Shown here in pieces: positions 1 to 16,596 of a stretch of DNA of 64,000 bases. The notes beneath the pieces are model-generated. The model searched no databases, was not told where the DNA came from, and saw nothing but the letters and a program-made list of their open reading frames with translations. This stretch comes from Lama glama (lineage: Eukaryota), in contig CM052817.1 in assembly GCA_028534125.1 (NCBI GenBank), positions 66,032,001 through 66,096,000 on the forward strand. The letters run 5' to 3'. Both the position numbers and the translations under genes were made by a program. Numbering within the stretch: the stretch's first letter is position 1; the number at the start of each line of letters is the position of its first letter.

Positions 1-2540
<2,540 letters not shown>

Positions 2541-3854
2541 CAGAATTCAGCAGCAAATTCAATGACAACCACCAAATATCCATCCCTAGCACTGACCACC
2601 TATCGGAGTATTTACAAAGTTCCCACATTCAGATGTGATCAAGGGCTCTCAAGACTGCCTTCTTCCCTTGATTCTGGATGCAATGTGATTGCTGAAAGGA
2701 ATTTCACAGCTCTTCCTCATCCAGTACCCATCCTGGGCATCTAGAAGTTCCCGATTGAGTTAATAACACAAAAGGAGAGAGATTTTTTTCTGTGAGGCAA
2801 TAAACAATTCAGCAAAAGGAAAGAATTCCTGTCCATCTATCCACCCCATTTTGACTCTGGCAAAATGCTTCTCTGCTAAGAAGCAGGCTAATTTACTGGG
2901 ATTGGAGAAATAGGAAAAGGCCTGCCAGACTAGATTTGCCCTCCAATGGGAGTCACATCTCTGAGAAAACTCACCGATTCACTAAGGATAGAGCAGGAAA
3001 CTGAGAGTGAAGAGGCAAAAATGCACGGAATATTGAACAGAAAATCAGGACTTGCATGCTCATGTACGGAAGGAATCTCTCCACAGCCAGAGGACTGCAC
3101 AACAGCAGGAGGCGGCACCGGGAGTTTAGGAATGGGACACAAAGACAACCTGCACTGATTGTTCAGAATGAGAGCCAACCGTTCTCTCTTCCACTGGCGC
3201 CCCCAGGCCTCCTTAACACTAAGAAGCTCCTTTGTAGCTACTGTCCTTCCTAACGACTCTGAATACATCCATTCACTCACTCAGCCAGAGGATATTCACT
3301 AAACTCCCACAAGGTGCCGGGACATCCAAAGGTCCATGGTCAGAGATGGCATTGCGAAAGTGAAATTTCTGATATGTGGCCAAGAAGCCCCTTCAGTGAG
3401 GGAAACTCATTATTTCTCTACTTCACATGAAGGTTCATTTACTGGACAACTCAGATCTATGAAAAATATCTTGAACCAGCATAAGCATTGTTCCATGTAA
3501 CTTTCATCTACCATGAGCATTACACCGCGTGCAAAAGAACATCTCTATCTGAGGCTCCTCTCTTAGGTAAAATACTTGATGTTGTGGAATAAACCAAGCC
3601 CTCTCACTGCCTAAAAGCATCTCTCCAAGAAGCACGATTTATGGTAGACCTATGCCAAGAAATTTTGTGCAATCCCGTGGCACAGATTGTTATCCAAGAG
3701 AAATTACAACTACTTAAGAGAAAAGAAAAATCAGGAAATGAGAAGGTACTGAGGGATGCAAGCTTGATTTTCCCAATAATCCAGGCATATCTATTGAACA
3801 ACGCTACAAAAACGAAGCAGCCACAGCAGACTCGGTGGATACGCATGAGGCATC

Positions 3855-4008
3855 TGTGGCCAGATGAACCCAGGTGCAAACCTCAGCTCTGCACACTCCC
3901 CAGCTGCATGACCTTGGGCCAGCTAAATAGATAACCTCCTTTGGCTTCCATTACCTCGCCTGTAAAGTGGGGATTATATCTATATAAGGATTGTTATAAT
4001 AATTAAAG
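3855..4008 (+). mobile_element. MIR SINE fragment
   Basis: cccaggtgcaaacctcagctctgc...tgaccttgggc...cctgtaaagtggggat resembles the MIR core. Confidence 0.75.
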
Positions 4009-4019
4009 TAACTAGTAAT

Positions 4020-4296
4020 AGTAGCAGCTAACATTTATAGTGTTTATTTTATGCCAGGCATTGTTTGGGTAAGAAAGTCAGACACAACAATAAAGCGGTA
4101 AGATGAGTAAGGCATACAAGTGTTTATATATAAACTTACTGAGTCCCTATAACATTACTTCTGGGGAGAAACTTGATACTCAAAAATATTAAGCTCCTTG
4201 CCCAAGATAATCACTCAGTGATACATACGTAGACCCATCAAGCGTAAACTCTGATGCCAGAATACTTGTGTTAACAGCTACACCACACTGCTTCCC
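4020..4296 (-). mobile_element. MIR SINE, degraded, tail-to-tail with the previous copy
   Basis: agctaacatttatagtgtttattttatgccaggcattg...gagaaacttgatactca...ttgcccaagat...ctacaccacactgcttccc. Confidence 0.6.
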
Positions 4297-6909
4297 AGAA
4301 AGTACTTAAGACAGTGCTTAATAATTAAAAAGTGATGAGTAAATCACTTTCTGGAATTGAAATTCTAATGAATACTGAGCGGTGTTTCTTAGAAAGACCA
4401 CTTTCATTTTCAAAAATTATTTGGGGCAGCTTAGAGTAGAATAGATATATAATACAAAAGCATACGTTAAAATAAAGGATGAAATGCCTAACTCCAAAGC
4501 GTAGCTGTAAAAGACAAGAAAAATAAAGTTCAAGAATTAAACGAGGAGGTGAAAAAACAGGAAAGGAGGTCATTAGACTTCAAGCACTTGGGGAAGATTT
4601 TGTCCATTTTCGTTTTTTGCCCTCCCACCTTTTTCTTGCCTGACTAACATAGATGCTGGTTAAGAAAACATGGAAACAAAATTTCGATGGCCACATTCCT
4701 TTACCTGAATCTTTATGTATGGTTTGAAATTGGAAAAGATCTTACCTGGTGACTTCTCAAAATCCCTCAGATACACTGAGGGTGGAAAGGGGGACACTTC
4801 AAAAAGACAGTTGGGGTAAGGCCAAGAGCCGATTTTTTTTTTTTCAAGTAGGTTCCAAAGGTATGAATTGGACAACTGTCAAGATTTAAGTGACTCTGCA
4901 AAACTGTCAGGCAAGAATCATAGAAGCGTAGAAGGGAAGGAGACGGATGTATTATCAGGCGGGGGGTCTCTGTCACACATGCACTAGGTGGCCCTATTAA
5001 ACTTAGGAGAGATCACAGGGTTCAACTTGAAAGAGCTGAAGCATTTCAGAAGCTGCGAGGCAAAAAGAGAGCACCCCAGGGAGGGCGTCACCTTCATGAA
5101 CTAGACTTGCTCCAAGTCCCCAGACTCTCCAAGGCCAAGATCACTGCCATAACAGATGCTCCCACCCTTTGCTGCAGATCTTTACCTTCCAGTAATTGCT
5201 AATCCTAATGTAGCTAGCTGGCTAAGGTAAAGCCTTAGGTATTGGAGCTGGTCCCAAATAAACAGGAGGGAGAAAAGAGAGCAAAAGGGCCAACCAGGAG
5301 GCTCTGTTTCCAACTGGATGATAGGAAAGGGCACTGATGAGATGGGCCCTTTACCAGTTAAACAGATGGCAAAGCCCGCAGGGAACCAAGATGGGCAGCA
5401 ACAAGGCCAAAGAGCGAACACAGAGATGCTGTCAGCCAGAGAGAAGTTTTCTGCGACAAAAATAAGAGTGGGCTAATATTTGTGTATTTGTGCACCTTTT
5501 GGCTTCATAAAGAAAACATCAGCCTTACAAAAGGTCACATGTATTTGCTTTCTCTGCTCACCTAGAGACCTACATACATATCCGTGCCAAATATTGAGCA
5601 AAAACTACCTGGATCAAAGAATCCAATGTGCTTAGAAAACATTTCTTTCATTAACCCATTGTATAAGTGGCTTCACTTGATGTAAAAACATTGGATTTTC
5701 CCTTCCCTCCTTGGCTTTGAGTATTACAGCAAGTTGCTTTCATTGATACATGAGCAGGCCAGGACTGGAAGAATTAAGTTGGTGGATGCTAATAAAAATT
5801 CTGAAATAACTATTGATATTTGGGCTGACTCTTTCTAAAATAATTTTCTCATAATTGCCTGTTAAGTAAAGAGTATATTATAATAGACTTCTTAGAAGCA
5901 TCCTAAAAATAGACAGAAACCCTCTCAGCTTTCTCTACTTCACAATTCTCACTCGGCGTCATTTTTTTTTTTTTTTTGTCAAATGAAACAGCAAAGTAGC
6001 TAAAATTTGGGACATATAAGTAAGTCCTTGACTGACTCCTACCACAAACCACCAAGGAAGTCTTTAAAGGCAAACAACATACCAGACTAGGATCATGCCC
6101 CTACATCACTGACTGTGGAAACATGGCAAAGATTGATTTCCAATGAACAGGATATGTTTTGCTTTCTTTTCTATTTGTTGATGCCACCAGAGAGTTCTTC
6201 TGTCTGATAGGGGACAGGTCACTAGTCTGAGAACCAAAATCACGTGCACCCAATATTGGGATCTATATAAAAATTATTGAAGTTGCTGTCAACTGGGCAT
6301 TCACCAGTAGACATTCCAAGTCAGTAAAGCCTTGTAGCCAGGGTGATGCTCACCCTCGGTTCGGGCTGGCTACAGGGGCCCACACCTCAGAGTCAGGGGT
6401 CTCCTGAGATTTGGGCTAGAGGTCACTTTTAGATAACCACCAGGTTTCTCAGTAGCCGTAAGTGATCTGTTATCGCTCTGGGGTAGACCTAGGTACCCGA
6501 GCTGAACTTTCTATTTTTCAGCTCTGACTCAAAGGATTCCTACTACTTGATAGGAAGTATTCCAGAGTCATTGTCATGGTGATACCTTCCCTGAAAGGCA
6601 AAGCAGGACACCTGCTGCCTGGCCTCTTCCTGGAGCAGTTTTGCAAATGCTGATGAGAGAGAACCATCAATTTAAAAGCGATTGTTTCAAACCTTTGTTT
6701 GGCTTTTAATTTTTTTTTTTTTTTTTTTGGTTTCTTTCCTCAAACAAAATGACACCTGGAAATGCAAATACGGAAAGGAAAAAAGAGCCTAAGCAGCTTG
6801 CGTTTTCTCTTTTCCCCTACTGGCTGTTGACGTATGCTCACAAAATCCTGGGGCTCTCTGAGGCAAAACCAGAAAACTTACCAATTTAGACTGACTCCTG
6901 ACCCCTCCT

Positions 6910-7015
6910 ATAGTAAACAAGAGGAAACTCAAGTCCAGAGAGAGGATGAGTGAATCGTCCAAGGTCACAGGATTAGTCAGTAGCAAAACCAGCACGATGT
7001 TCAGATCTCAGGGTT
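6910..7015 (-). mobile_element. MIR SINE core fragment
   Basis: gaggaaactcaagtccagagagagg...tccaaggtcacaggattagtcagtagca. Confidence 0.65.
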
Positions 7016-7049
7016 TCCCTCCCAGCACTTCACCCTCCTGATTCATTCT

Positions 7050-7367
7050 GTCGATGTGGAGTAGACTGGCCACACATGGTGGCTAAGCACTTGAAAAGTG
7101 GCTAGTCCAAACTCAGCTATGCTGCAAAGCTACAAGCTACAAGCTACAATAGGCCCTGGATTTAGAACATTTGATACAAGGGGAAAATGTAAAATATCTC
7201 ATTAACATTTTTATATTGATTACATGCTGAAATAATAAGATTTAGGATAACTACTACAACTAATTCTAACTATTCCTCTTTTCATTTTTTAATACCACTA
7301 TTAGAATACTTGCAAATTGCAAAATTGCACAAATGGCTTGTATTACCTTATTATTGGACAGTGATGC
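7050..7367 (-). mobile_element. MER33-like hAT-Charlie element
   Basis: tggctaagcacttgaaaagtggctagtccaaact...aatgtaaaatatctcattaacatttttatattgattacatgctgaaat...tattggacagtg matches the reverse complement of MER33 as recalled. Confidence 0.75.
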
Positions 7368-7452
7368 ATCCTTCTCAACAAATAAATGAGGACAGGGTGA
7401 GTAGAAATTGTATTTTTTCATCTCTTTTTTCTTCTTTGTAAAACTTCAAACT

Positions 7453-7620
7453 ATCTCAAAACTGCTTGCACATTGGAATTGCTTTTAAAAATGAATGATG
7501 CCCAGGCTCAGTCTCTAGAGTTCCTGATTAACTGGTCTCGGGCGGGGCCAGAGCAGTGGCATGTTTCTTTAAAGAAACCCAGGGTATACTAACGTGAAGT
7601 CCGGACTGAGATTCACTGAT
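7453..7620. mobile_element. MER5-family hAT-Charlie MITE (MER5A1/MER5B-like)
   Basis: tctcaaaactgcttgcacattggaat...tgatgcccaggctc...ctgattaactggtctcgggcgggg...ggactgagattcactg. Confidence 0.7.
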
Positions 7621-7984
7621 CGGTCTATACCATAAGTAAAGACATACAAAAGGCCAGGCAGTTTAATTCTGCCCCTCAAAACATGCTCCACAATGTCAAT
7701 CCACTGCAGCAGATGCAATGTCTCTGCAAGTCCAGACTCGTATGTTTCATCCCTCTCCGTAATCAGACTGTGCACAGGAACAACTCTTGTCCCATGTGTG
7801 GCTGCTGTCGCCACAAGGGCTGTCTAAGGAGCTTATGTCCGCACGTTAAGAGAACAGCTTAAGGATATGAAATATCAGACACAACTTAAGACACATCCTG
7901 GCCTGGCCCCCACAGACTGGCACTCCATCTATTCCCTCCTGGACATTTGTTTATGTCACCAACTACTGTTCCAATCTGACCTTA

Positions 7985-8130
7985 TCAATCAGTCAGTCAG
8001 TCATCAAGCACCCATGAAGCACCGACTGTGCACTGTGTTCACGCTAGGCAGTGACAAGGGCTGGCGAGAAGTGAGCGAAAGAAAACAAGCACAGGCAGGC
8101 CAGGCTCTGATGAGCTGACCATGTGGTATA
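7985..8130 (-). mobile_element. L2 3' end fragment
   Basis: tcaatcagtcagtcagtcatcaagcacccatgaagcaccgactgtgcactgtg...gctaggc resembles the antisense L2 tail. Confidence 0.5.
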
Positions 8131-8392
8131 ACTATTAACGTTTTTGCTTAAGACAGATGGAAAAGTGTTAAACTGAAAAACCTAAGAACAAACTTTAAAG
8201 AGAATGAGAGACAACGTAAACAGTAAGAAAAAAAGATTTTATCTATCTTTATCTGTTTTAAGGTTATGCAGAGGTTCCTAGAAACTCTTAGATGCAGTCA
8301 CACGTTTCTTTTGTCTAAAGTCTATAAAAACACCTAATTTTTTTTTTTGATCACTGAAAGGTAAACCATTGTGGTTTTGTGCCTTTTTAAGA

Positions 8393-8592
8393 ATTTTACT
8401 TTTTATTGAAGTGTTGATTTACAATGTTAGTTTCAGGTGTACAGCAGAGCGATTCAGTTATACGTATATCTGTATTTTAAGAATCTTTTCCATTATAGCT
8501 TATTATAAGAAACTGAATATGATTCCCTGTGCAATAGAGTAGATCCTTGCTATTTATCCTATTTTATATATGGTAGTATCTGTTAATCCCAA
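8393..8592 (-). mobile_element. 5'-truncated L1 3' end (cetartiodactyl-type)
   Basis: ttttattgaagtgttgatttacaatgttagtttcaggtgtacagcagagcgattcagttata...ttccctgtgcaatagagtagatccttg...tgttaatcccaa. Confidence 0.85.
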
Positions 8593-11500
8593 GTGACTCC
8601 AGAAGATGAGGCTCTGTCTTGAAGGTAAGTAATGAAAACCAGAGTATGGGAGCTATAATGTACAGTATTCCAGCTACAATATGCAAAACTAGTTCTCTCA
8701 TCAGTAATTAGAATATGTGGAATCTGATCCTACTTCTGACGAGAGTGACACAAGACACAAAAGGAAATACTAGTGGCTTTCCACTAAATTTTCTTCAAGC
8801 TCTAATATCGAGCAATTAGGTGTGACATATTCTTCAGGGTTTAAAAAAAAATTATCAGTACGACGATACATGCTTATCCATGCACATAATGTCTATGTGC
8901 AGATACACAAAACATGCTGTGTGAGAAAGATTGCTTAACAATTAACCACGGCTAAGCCTCTAAGAAAAACTGTAGAAAGGTATTTATTAGGGTTCTGCTT
9001 ATGCTCCTCCTGTGGATTCTCATCACTGGTTTGTTTAAAAGACTCTGGCTTTCATTATAGACATGGATGCTTGTCAAATTAAAATACGCTTGCCTGTCTC
9101 AAGTGCGGTTGAATATTAACCTTATAAACAGAAACATGCGGACCCACTTAAGCTAAAAAAATTCTTCACAGTAGGTCTATAAATAAAACTTCAATTTATT
9201 AATTTACTGGTGGTGTTTTTTTCTACTGCTATGATGATCTCTTAGCAGAGATCTCTTTACTCTTCCCCCGAATACTACCACACAGATCCTGAGCCTTAAA
9301 AGGTATTCAGTTATTAGACACAGTATGTGTACTGATCATTTCACCAGCAAACTGAATACCTCAGTTGGTTCTCCTGAATGTTACATGCAAATATAGCACA
9401 ATGGTATTTTATGTAACATCCCCAAAGTGCTAATAAAAGGGCACTGTGGTACTCAAAACATTTATTAAAATAAGCAATTTCCCCCTCTCTGGCTTACAAA
9501 ACGTATATTATACACTACTTTTTGAACCTAAATCTGAAATGTGAAATTCTTTAATAAAGAATAAAGACACTAGTTAACTAAAAGAATTAGTGCTCCCAAC
9601 TACAAGGGATTAATAATTAGTGGAAATGAGTACCTTAACAGTACAGTCAGAGCTTCTTTTCATTGTCTGAATTTCAAAATAATTTTTCTTTAAATATGCT
9701 TATTACTATAAAGCTACTCGCCATCCTTTCCATGTACAGCTTTTCTTATTTTCTGGCCACTGTGCATTCTTGACTCTAAGGACCCAAGGACCTAGTCCAC
9801 AATCCCCTCTGCATAAGGTCTTGGATTGTTCTACCACAAAACTCCTTTGAAATTTTGGTATTTTGGTTAGTTCATTTAATTACTAGAAAAATTGCAAGTG
9901 GCTTACATAATGAATTATGTAATAATGATTCAACATGAAAGATTATTTTTAAAAAGTTTAGCTTTAAGAGTTTCAAAATATTTCAGCATTACTGAAAAGC
10001 TTAAATAAAATCAGATGTTTTAGTTAAAATAAAAAGTTAATATGCACAAGTCCTGTGATTAACGGGGGGGGGATCAGGCCAGTCACAAATTATTCTATGT
10101 AAGTATGTGATAAAAGCAAAATTATACTTACTGGTTTAGATACATGATACTGAATGTTCAGATTAAACTAAGAATTTAAATGAACTATTACATGTTTTTA
10201 TTTAAATATTTAAGCTAAATTATATACTTAAATTTTTTAATATGTAATTGAAGATGAATTTTTTATAAGGGTCTACTCCACTGTTGTTTTTAATTTAAAA
10301 ATATAATCAGTCATACCAGTTACACCAGCAGGTGCCCCAGCTATACTGCATCTCAGGACTAGATGAAGTGATTACAGCAGTATTTTCAGCAAATGATATT
10401 TGTAGTAATCTCTGGAATGGTAAACTTAGAGTAATGCATAAAATTCTACTCACTGGGATAAATTTCAGTAGAGGGTTTTTTATTTATTTATTTTTTGCCT
10501 TGAATATTTTCTTTTTCTCTGGAGACAAATGTCACAGGAGGAGATAAAAAAAAATCAAGAAACAAACAAGACATTTACAGGCAAGTTGAATTCATTTCCC
10601 AAGTGAGTAGGTCCCTGTGAACCCAATAATTACCTTTTAGAAATGAAGAGTATCCAGGGATCCTAAAACTTTATTTAACCTAAGACACACTTTACCACTC
10701 AGAAATCTTCAGTGCCATGGCCTAATACACGAAACACAGGCAAAGATTTTGCCTCTACTGGAACTGAAGTATTTGATTAGAAATTCTTCAATAAACATAA
10801 ACTTTGGAAATCTGTGCATTAAAAATAGCAAACCTGCAAAATATGATGTGTGCCTTCTTTGTCTTTAATCCTAAACTTACAAGTTGATATGAAAAACTCA
10901 ACCCATGCCCACACACAAGTCAACTCTTTTCCTTTCAAGTTCGTCATCCGGCTGTAGATAACCACACATTTTCTGTGCCCACGTGCCCGCCCACGGTCCC
11001 TATCCCCTGTGGTTCAAACACCTACAGGCATCAGAACAACTCTTTTTTTCAGATGAATAGACTTTCTTTTCTTTGAAAGATCTTGATGAAATGGCAAATC
11101 TATGCCCCAAATGATATTAAATAATGTAAATCCTAAGTGGCAATTTAAGGATATTACCACGTTACCACTCTTCCACATAAAGAGTGATCGTTTGAAAAAA
11201 AAAAAAACAATGAATTTGGCATATAGCCACAGTGTGCCACAGTGAGTAAAGACTGAAATATTTTGCCTCAGTGTCAGCCTCCAGAGAGCCAAGGAAAAAG
11301 AGTTAAATCCCTAGGTTTGCATTTAATTCCTCCCTGTCCTAGCTCTGTACTCCCTACTCCCCCTGGGCCCAACAGTGAAGCATCAGGTCCTCTGGGCCTT
11401 TCTGTGTTCCAGAAATGCTCTCCTCCACTCCCTCTGGTCTGCCATTTCTAAGAACCACCCACTCATATGAATAATACAGAAGCATACAGGAGGCCCCAAT

Positions 11501-12089
11501 TCTCAGCACCTCAAATGTGTGCTCCTCAAATCATAATCTTCACACATCTATTTAAAAATTGGAATGCTTTAATGAATACCACCCACAACTGTATCTTCTC
11601 AAACTTCATCTTCATGTTTCATTTATTCTTAATATGTCCTTGTCAATTTTGATTCTAAATCAAATATGCATTTCTTAATCTATCAAATGGAAAATGTCTG
11701 ATTTCATAATAAACCTGCGACAGACTGCATACCCTTCCTCAATAAAGAACCACTCTCAAAGATTTTCCACTCCTAAATAGTGCATATTTTGTGCATTAAA
11801 AAAATCTTGAATAACTGAGGAAATAAATTGCTAGAATTATAATGCTACTTGTAAATTTAGAGGTAGCACCAAATCTGTCTTCATATGAGTCAATCAATCA
11901 TCACTACTCAAAAATATCAAAATAATTAAGTAGAAATATTAACAATCAAGTTCCATTGCAAGTTTAGTCCAGTACCCTGTCGTCTGATAGATATTCAATC
12001 AATGTTTTTGAATGAATGCAAAAATAAATGGACTTTGTCTCTCCTTGTTCACTCAGAATTTGCGTAAAATTTCTGTGGTACTAGAAGTA

Positions 12090-12216
12090 AGATGGTCCCT
12101 GGGTTGCGATGGTTCAACTTACGAGTTTTCAATTTACCGTGATGTGAAAGCAAATGCATTCAGTAGAAACTGTACTTTGAATTTTGAATTTTGATCTTTT
12201 CCTTGGCTAGTGATAC
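12090..12216. mobile_element. TcMar-Tigger end fragment (MER47A/Tigger5-like)
   Basis: After a TA: agatggtccctgggttgcgatggttcaacttacgagttttcaattt...gcattcagtagaaactgtactttgaattttgaattttgatcttttcc. Confidence 0.7.
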
Positions 12217-13767
12217 AAAATAACTCAAAACTTCATGTAATAAATATATCTTTCAAAGTACTCATTTCAGGAAAGAGACCATAGATGCCAGATGGTGGGG
12301 TGGGAACTACAGAACCATTCCTAAGGTGAAATGGACAGACACGGTCTAAAGTGAGCAACAGATAGAAAACAGAAAAAGGAAGAGGAGACAATTACGACAA
12401 ATCATTTGAAATACTGAATGTTTTAATCTCTGATGTGATTACAGGATCATATATAAAATTTATTGTTATCTGTGATATAAAATTGACCGAATAACAATAA
12501 AAACAATACCATATCGGTACAATAGTACCTTGGTGCTTTTAGGCTCATAAAGCAGTATCCCCTCAAATTTCAGAAAGCAGTTCAAATGTTTCCTTTAAAA
12601 AGAACACTTTCTAGCTTGTAAGAATGCTATGAATATATCTTTTGAAGTATGCATCAGCAAAAAGACTGTTTTAAACTTAAGACATCTGAGACTTCGTAGA
12701 CTAACACTTTCTCAGAATCCCTGAGTGTCAGAAGTAATTCAGGAGGAGAAAGGCTTCCTTCCCTCTCTAGTTAGTCCCTGCTAGACAAACTATCACTGCC
12801 AATCAGAAGGAATTCAACTCTTCCTTGTAGACACAAATGAAATACTTATTGTGAAATGTCGCTGTCAAGAATAGCTAAAAACTTGGTTATCTAACTCATT
12901 CTAAGCACATACAGAATGACAAACAAAGCAACATAATTCCCATGATACATGACTTTGGGTTATGAGTCCCCCAAAACCCCCCCAAAGCTTCCATTTCATA
13001 AATTTTTCACTATCCAAGTGAATGGGCATGATGGTGAATCATTTAGGCAACCCCATAAGTGCTTTTGTTAAAGTTACACGTGCAGAATTCACAATTGGCA
13101 GGCTAGAAGCAGTATTTTTGTTTCTACATCATTTAAAAATCATTCTTTGCCTTAAATCCCCACTCAAGAAATAATCATGATTAAATGTCTAAGTACTAAC
13201 AGATCAATACGAATGTAAGATGCAAGACATGTCCAGCAAAAAGCAGTTACACAACACACACACACACAGACACACACAAATCAAACAGCGTTAACAGTGT
13301 ATTTTATCTAACAATGGAGTTGTGTGCGTAGTTCTTAAGCCCCTTGATACATAACAATGCTCCGCTGACTCAGAGCTCTGGTTCCCATCAGCTTCACCAA
13401 CCACAGTGCAAAGACACACCCAGAGGTAATCAAACACTGAGCTGGGATGAGAATACACACCACAAAATCTGGGCCTGTGACTCCATAGGAAAGGAATGGA
13501 GGCATCCTCAGAACACTAAGTAGAAGAGGAGGCGGCCAGGCATAACTGAGCATTTGTGTGTAGAGTTCCATATTTCAGAAGAGCCCTAGAGGCTATCCGG
13601 GTATATCCAGGGTGTTCATAATGGTATACATTCCTTATTTCATAAGTATCTTATTCCAGATTACCAGGCAACACGTTGTTATAAGCAGGAAAAGGCATAA
13701 TACAATTTTGATACACTTTCATTAAATAGAATTTTAAATAATTTAGTGCTTAAAGGAGATACATCTT

Positions 13768-13899
13768 GGGGGGAGGGTATAGCTCAGTGGTGGAGTGCAT
13801 GCCTAGTATGCCTGAGGTCCTGGGTCCAATCCTCAGTACTATCACAAAAAATCATCAAATAAACCTAATCATCCCCCCAAATTAAAAAAAAAACAAAAC
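13768..13899 (+). mobile_element. Camelid tRNA-Ala-derived SINE (Vic-1-like), copy 1
   Basis: ggggggagggtatagctcagtggtggagtgcatgcctagtatgcctgaggtcctgggtccaatcc head with A/B boxes, aaataaacctaatcatcccccc body and an A tail. Confidence 0.9.
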
Positions 13900-14183
13900 A
13901 TATGTCTCAGTTATGTGATAACTTCACCTCCAGTGAAATGTCTCCTCCTTGATCATAGCACATACATAAAAGTTTATATATAGTCAATTATTTTTAGGAA
14001 TATATTTCAAATCAGTAAAAGATCCTCATTCCCAAAAATGTGCATTCAGTTATTCATAATGAAACTCAAAATAACTTTGATTTGCTAATATTCTATATAT
14101 CAGGTATATTTTTAAAATGATATGTAGGTACACACATTAAGTACTGAAGAAAGAAAAATGTCATAAAGATTTATACATTACAT

Positions 14184-14311
14184 GGGGGAGGGCTCAGTGG
14201 TAGAGTGCATGCTTAGCATGCATGAGGGCCTGGGTTCAATCCCCAGTAGATCCATTAGAAATAAATAAATATACCTAATTACCTCCCCCCACAAAAAAAC
14301 ACAGAAAAAAG
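14184..14311 (+). mobile_element. Camelid tRNA-Ala-derived SINE, copy 2
   Basis: Same structure with a short deletion (tata) at the A box. TSD aaagat-ttatacattac (14165-14181) / aaagatattatacattac (14312-14329). Confidence 0.92.
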
Positions 14312-15754
14312 AAAGATATTATACATTACGTAAGTGCAAACTCACTAAAAGCAACTTTCCTTTATAAGCCTAAAGTCCAAGAAAATATGGAAACCTCTGA
14401 AGTTGTTTTTCTGATAATGTTCTTCTTCAGAACTAACTGGTTAATAACATCATGATTTTTGAGAATATTTACATTTGTATAAATAAATAATTCTACAATT
14501 AAATAATTTATACTTTTGTGATGGAGGCTTTAACAGCTAAAGTGTAGTAAAAGTTCAGGGAAAATTAAAGGAAAAGGAGAAAGAAAGAAAACAATTCCTT
14601 TTTCATCATTTCAGGAAGATAAGTTTGAATTCAGTTCACCAAACTGCCAAGTTAGATTGTATTTAAAAAAAAAAATCCTAAATAGCATGTGAATTTTACT
14701 AGAGCAATTTCCCATAGGTATTGGCAATGCTTACACCTCACATAGCCAACAGGGACCCAATTATTACTCTCACACCAACTGATAAACAAAGCAAATGATA
14801 ATTAGTCACGCAGCCTCTTCTGAACTCCCTTACCTCTAGGCTCTAATTACCCTAAGGGTTTCCATGCTCAAGAGACAAAAAAGGGTGTCCTAGAAGCAAA
14901 GACAGAATCTTCGATCTAATTCTCCACAACAGGCCTTTTCAGTTGCCTTTTGGAAAAAGGAGTGATTTTTCTTTTAATGCAAATAATGTTCCCATTCCAG
15001 ATATAGCTATCCAAGTAAGAAACGACTCATGAATTAACACAGCATGATGCGGATCGCGGTAGAGAATACATACTGGCCACAGGTCTACTATCACTTTTGT
15101 ACTCAAGCAACAAAGTAAGAAAATTACAGGAAATTTCACTGCAATTTTTATTTACATACATTCATACAGCAGGGACACAAAGTTGATTACAGCTGATCAT
15201 GAACTGTGCCAAAACTATAATTTTGTAAACGTTAGTAACCAAAAAACATGTATCTAAGGAAAGTGAAATATTAAAAAATATGATTACTGAAAGAAAACAC
15301 AGAACACAAGAAAAAGACAAGTAAAGGAAAGCTGTAGACTTCCATGAAATACACGATTCTGACAAGGGAGGAAAACCAAGCTGGGTAAAGCATCAAATAA
15401 ATTAAAAGGTTTGTGAAACTGAAGAAATTCCATGGCAACGTTGTATGTTGCACACATTTCTGGAGAAAAAGGCCGCAGTTCAATATATTCTCAAAAGGAT
15501 CCCTGACCCAGAGAGGCTACAATTCCCTCTAACATGGCTTCCTGACCATAGCTATGGCAACCATGCTAGCCTAATTCCTCAATTACACTCTTACCTAGAT
15601 TATTAAGATAATGATCAGACTATTCCTTTAAGTCTCCAGTTATCTCACCTCAATTCATTTTACCCCCAAACCCTACGGTCTAGCCATACCCTATTATATG
15701 ATACATACTTTGAGAATTCCATGTAATTTTATAGCTTTCTTCAAGCCTTTCAGA

Positions 15755-15946
15755 GACAGTAAGGCAAAGGGGCTAAAAGTACAAACTTAGAAGCCAAACT
15801 GCCTGGGTTTACATCTCAGCTTCACCAACTGTTACCTTCTCTATGCTACAGTTTCTGGATCTGTAAATTGAAGATTAAATAAACTAGTATTTGTAAAGTG
15901 CCTGGAACATTACTGGCATAGCAAACACTTTATAAGTGCTTATTAT
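15755..15946 (+). mobile_element. MIR SINE, internally deleted
   Basis: agccaaactgcctgggtttacatctcagcttcacc...cagtttctggatctgtaaattg...tgtaaagtgcctggaacattactggcatagcaaacact. Confidence 0.75.
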
Positions 15947-16354
15947 ACGTAACAAATGCCTTGCTTACCTCCTTAAGTGGGCAAACTCCTAATCACCCCT
16001 GTGCAATGTCACAAGTTCTGAAAAGCCTGCTTTCTACCTAAACCTCCATATCCTTGAGACTTGAACACGTAATAAGATGTCCTTCAATTGCCAAAACTTT
16101 TGTTTTTACTTTGTTTTGTGTTTATCTTTTTGCCCTCAAAACACAAAATACTTGCTGCTTATATTAATTTTCATATTTTTGTATTCATAAGACACATCAC
16201 AAATCATTAAGAGTTTCATGCTAAATTCAATAAATGTGTACAAATCTGAAGTTAGACCTTAAATATCATTACTTTCACCCACTAATTTTCTAGTTGAAGA
16301 AACTGAGAATTAAAGAGAATAAATAATGATAATGATAAAATAATGATAAAGTAA

Positions 16355-16596
16355 TCACTATCAAATAGCGCTTCCTATATCCTAGACACCATTCTAAACA
16401 CTTTACACTGTGTGTGTTAACCCACTGAATCTTCATAGAAATCCTATGGTATGAATACTACTAATCTAATTTTCATATGCAAGGGCTCAAGGCACAAAGA
16501 AATTAAGTGACTTCACCAAGTTCACATGAGACACCAGGGCTCACACCAGGCCCCTTGGCTGTAGAGTTGTGCTGTTGATCCCTGCTACAGCGCCTC
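16355..16596 (-). mobile_element. MIR SINE
   Basis: agcgcttcctatatcctagacaccattctaaacactttaca...aaggcacaaagaaattaagtgacttcaccaagttcaca. Confidence 0.75.

Noticed and set aside
15445..15530. Possible hAT-Charlie end fragment
   Set aside because: Too short and diverged to assign without an alignment.
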